The notes below the pieces were generated by a model. That model made no database searches. It saw nothing but the letters and a program-made list of their open reading frames with translations, and had not been told where the DNA came from. The position numbers were made by a program, and so were the translations under genes. From Macrostomum lignano (taxonomy: Eukaryota), in assembly GCA_002269645.1 (NCBI GenBank), contig NIVC01002460.1, forward strand, positions 62,001 to 126,000: a stretch of 64,000 nucleotides of DNA, given 5' to 3'. Position 1 is the first letter of the stretch, and each line of letters opens with the position of its first letter. This document shows positions 62,284 to 64,000 of this stretch, one piece after another.

Positions 62284-64000
62284 ATGACAAGCGCCCAGTC
62301 AGCTGACATAGCAGCAGCAGCAGCCGAATCGTCCCTGCCTGTGTCGTCGAATTCTACCGCAGTCAATCTGGAGAGTGGCCAGCCGCCTGACATGCAGGTT
62401 CGTGCGCCGCTAATAGCTGCTGTTCATTCTCTTGGAGATTAAATTTTTTGCTTGAGTCGTGCATATAGTAGCGTCTGTTTTACCTTCCTAAAGAATTCAC
62501 CTAGCTAGTGAGAATCGCCCTCTCTCTCCCTATGAGAATGGTTCTCCCTCCCTATGAGAATCGCCCTCTCTACCTATGAGAATCGCCCTCTATCTATGAG
62601 AATCGCCCTCTCTATCTATGAGAATCGCCCTCTCTCCCTATGAGAATCGCCCTCTCTACCTATGAGAATCGCCCTCTCTACCTATTAGAATCGCCCTCTC
62701 TCTACCTATGAGAATCGCCCCCCTCTCTCCCAATGAGAATCGCCCTCTCTCTCCCTATGAGAATTGCCCTCTCTCTCCCTATGAGAATCGCCCTTTCTAC
62801 CTATAAGAATCGCTCTCTCTACCTATGAGAATCGCCCTCTCTCTCCCTATAAGAATCGCCCTCTCTACCTATTGGGTTCCCATCTCTCCCTATGAGAATC
62901 GCCCTCTCTTCCTATGAGAATCGCCCTCTCTACCTATGAGAATCGCCCTCTCTCCCTATGAGAATCGCCCTCTTTACCTATGAGAATCACCCTCTCTACC
63001 TATGAGAATCGCCCTCTCTATCTATGAGAATCGCCCTCTCTATCTATGAGAATCGCCCTCTCTCCCTATGAGAATCGCCCTCTATCTATGAGAATCGCCC
63101 TCTCTATCTATGAGAATCGCCCTCTCTCCCTATGAGAATCGCCCTCTCTACCTATGAGAATCGCCCTCTCTACCTATGAGAATCGCCCTCTCTACCTATG
63201 AGAATCGCCCTCTCTCCTTATGAGAATCGCCCTCTCTACCTATGAGAATCACCCTCTCTACCTATGAGAATCGCCCTCTCTATCTATGAGAATCGCCCTC
63301 TCTCCCTATGAGAATCGCCCTCTCTACCTATGAGAATCGCCCTCTATCTATGAGAATCGCCCTCTCTATCTATGAGAATCGCCCTCTCTCCCTATGAGAA
63401 TCGCCCTCTCTACCTATGAGAATCGCCCTCTCTATCTATGAGAATCGCCCTTTCTACCTATAAGAATCGCCCTCTCTCTCCCTATGAGAATCTCCTCTCT
63501 CCCAATGAGAATCGCCCTCTCTACCTATGAGAATCGCCCTCTCTACCTATGAGAATCGCCCTCTCTTTCTATGAGAATCGCCTTTTCTACCTATAAGAAT
63601 CGCCCTCTCTCTCCCTATGAGAATCTCCTCTCTCCCAATGAGAATCGCCCTCTCTACCTATGAGAATCGCCCTCTCCCGATAGAGTTTAAGTTGCTGCCG
63701 CCGCATTCATTTGCTCAGGTGTACAGCCTGAAAGCGCCGCAGGCGGCAGTCCGCGGCGTAGACGAAGTGGCTGGCAGCCTGCGCACCAGCCTGCGCGACG
63801 GTCTGTCCCAGGCCGAAGCCGACGTCCGCCTTCGCCGCTTCGGCCCGAACGAGATCGAATCGCCGCCAGACGATCCGCTTTGGCAGAAATATTTGGAACA
63901 GTTCAAGGATCCGATGATTCTGTTGTTGCTATGCTCGGCGGTTATTAGTCTGCTCATGCGGCAGTTTGATGACGCTGTCAGCATCTCTTTGGCTATCGTT
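62284..64000 (+). CDS. ATP2C1: Secretory-pathway Ca2+/Mn2+ ATPase (SPCA, P2A), 5' part only: exons 62284-62397 and 63719->64000
   Basis: GLSQAEADVRLRRFGPNE...DPLWQKYLEQFKDPMILLLLCSAVISLLMRQFDDAVSISLAIV matches the SPCA1 N-terminus; cag|gttcgt and gctcag|gtg junctions are in phase. The assignment of exon 1 is less certain. Confidence 0.88.
62515..63678. repeat. ~20-24-bp minisatellite atgagaatcgccctctctccct (ATP2C1 intron 1)
   Basis: About 50 copies. Confidence 0.93.

Overview
This is eukaryotic (animal) genomic DNA with GC-rich exons, GT-AG introns and very high minisatellite content; no prokaryotic features, rRNA, intact tRNA or CRISPR were found. The style suggests a free-living flatworm such as Macrostomum, but that is inference. 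The + strand carries, in order: BLOC1S3 (intronless), COQ2, and a 26-exon, ~3,800-codon SMG1 PIKK kinase whose frame starts with three ankyrin repeats. Further along are a GPI-anchored Ly6/uPAR protein (+), a C22orf39 homologue (-), an intronless CYP2-clan P450 (-), a LIR-containing TP53INP/DOR-like ORF (+) and the 5' end of ATP2C1/SPCA (+). Mobile DNA includes a dead mariner, Tc1 and hAT non-autonomous elements, MITEs and a tRNA-derived SINE. The main result is a pair of mutually exclusive 134-nt COQ2 exons (4588-4721 and 5905-6038) carrying the Leu/Ser versus Phe/Ala signature of the rhodoquinone/ubiquinone splicing switch. COQ2 also lacks an in-frame ATG, so a spliced-leader AUG may start it. 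Other highlights are the ankyrin-SMG1 in-frame fusion and a different minisatellite in nearly every SMG1 intron. Exon boundaries were read by eye from splice signals and frame continuity, homologies are from recalled motifs, and no searches were run.
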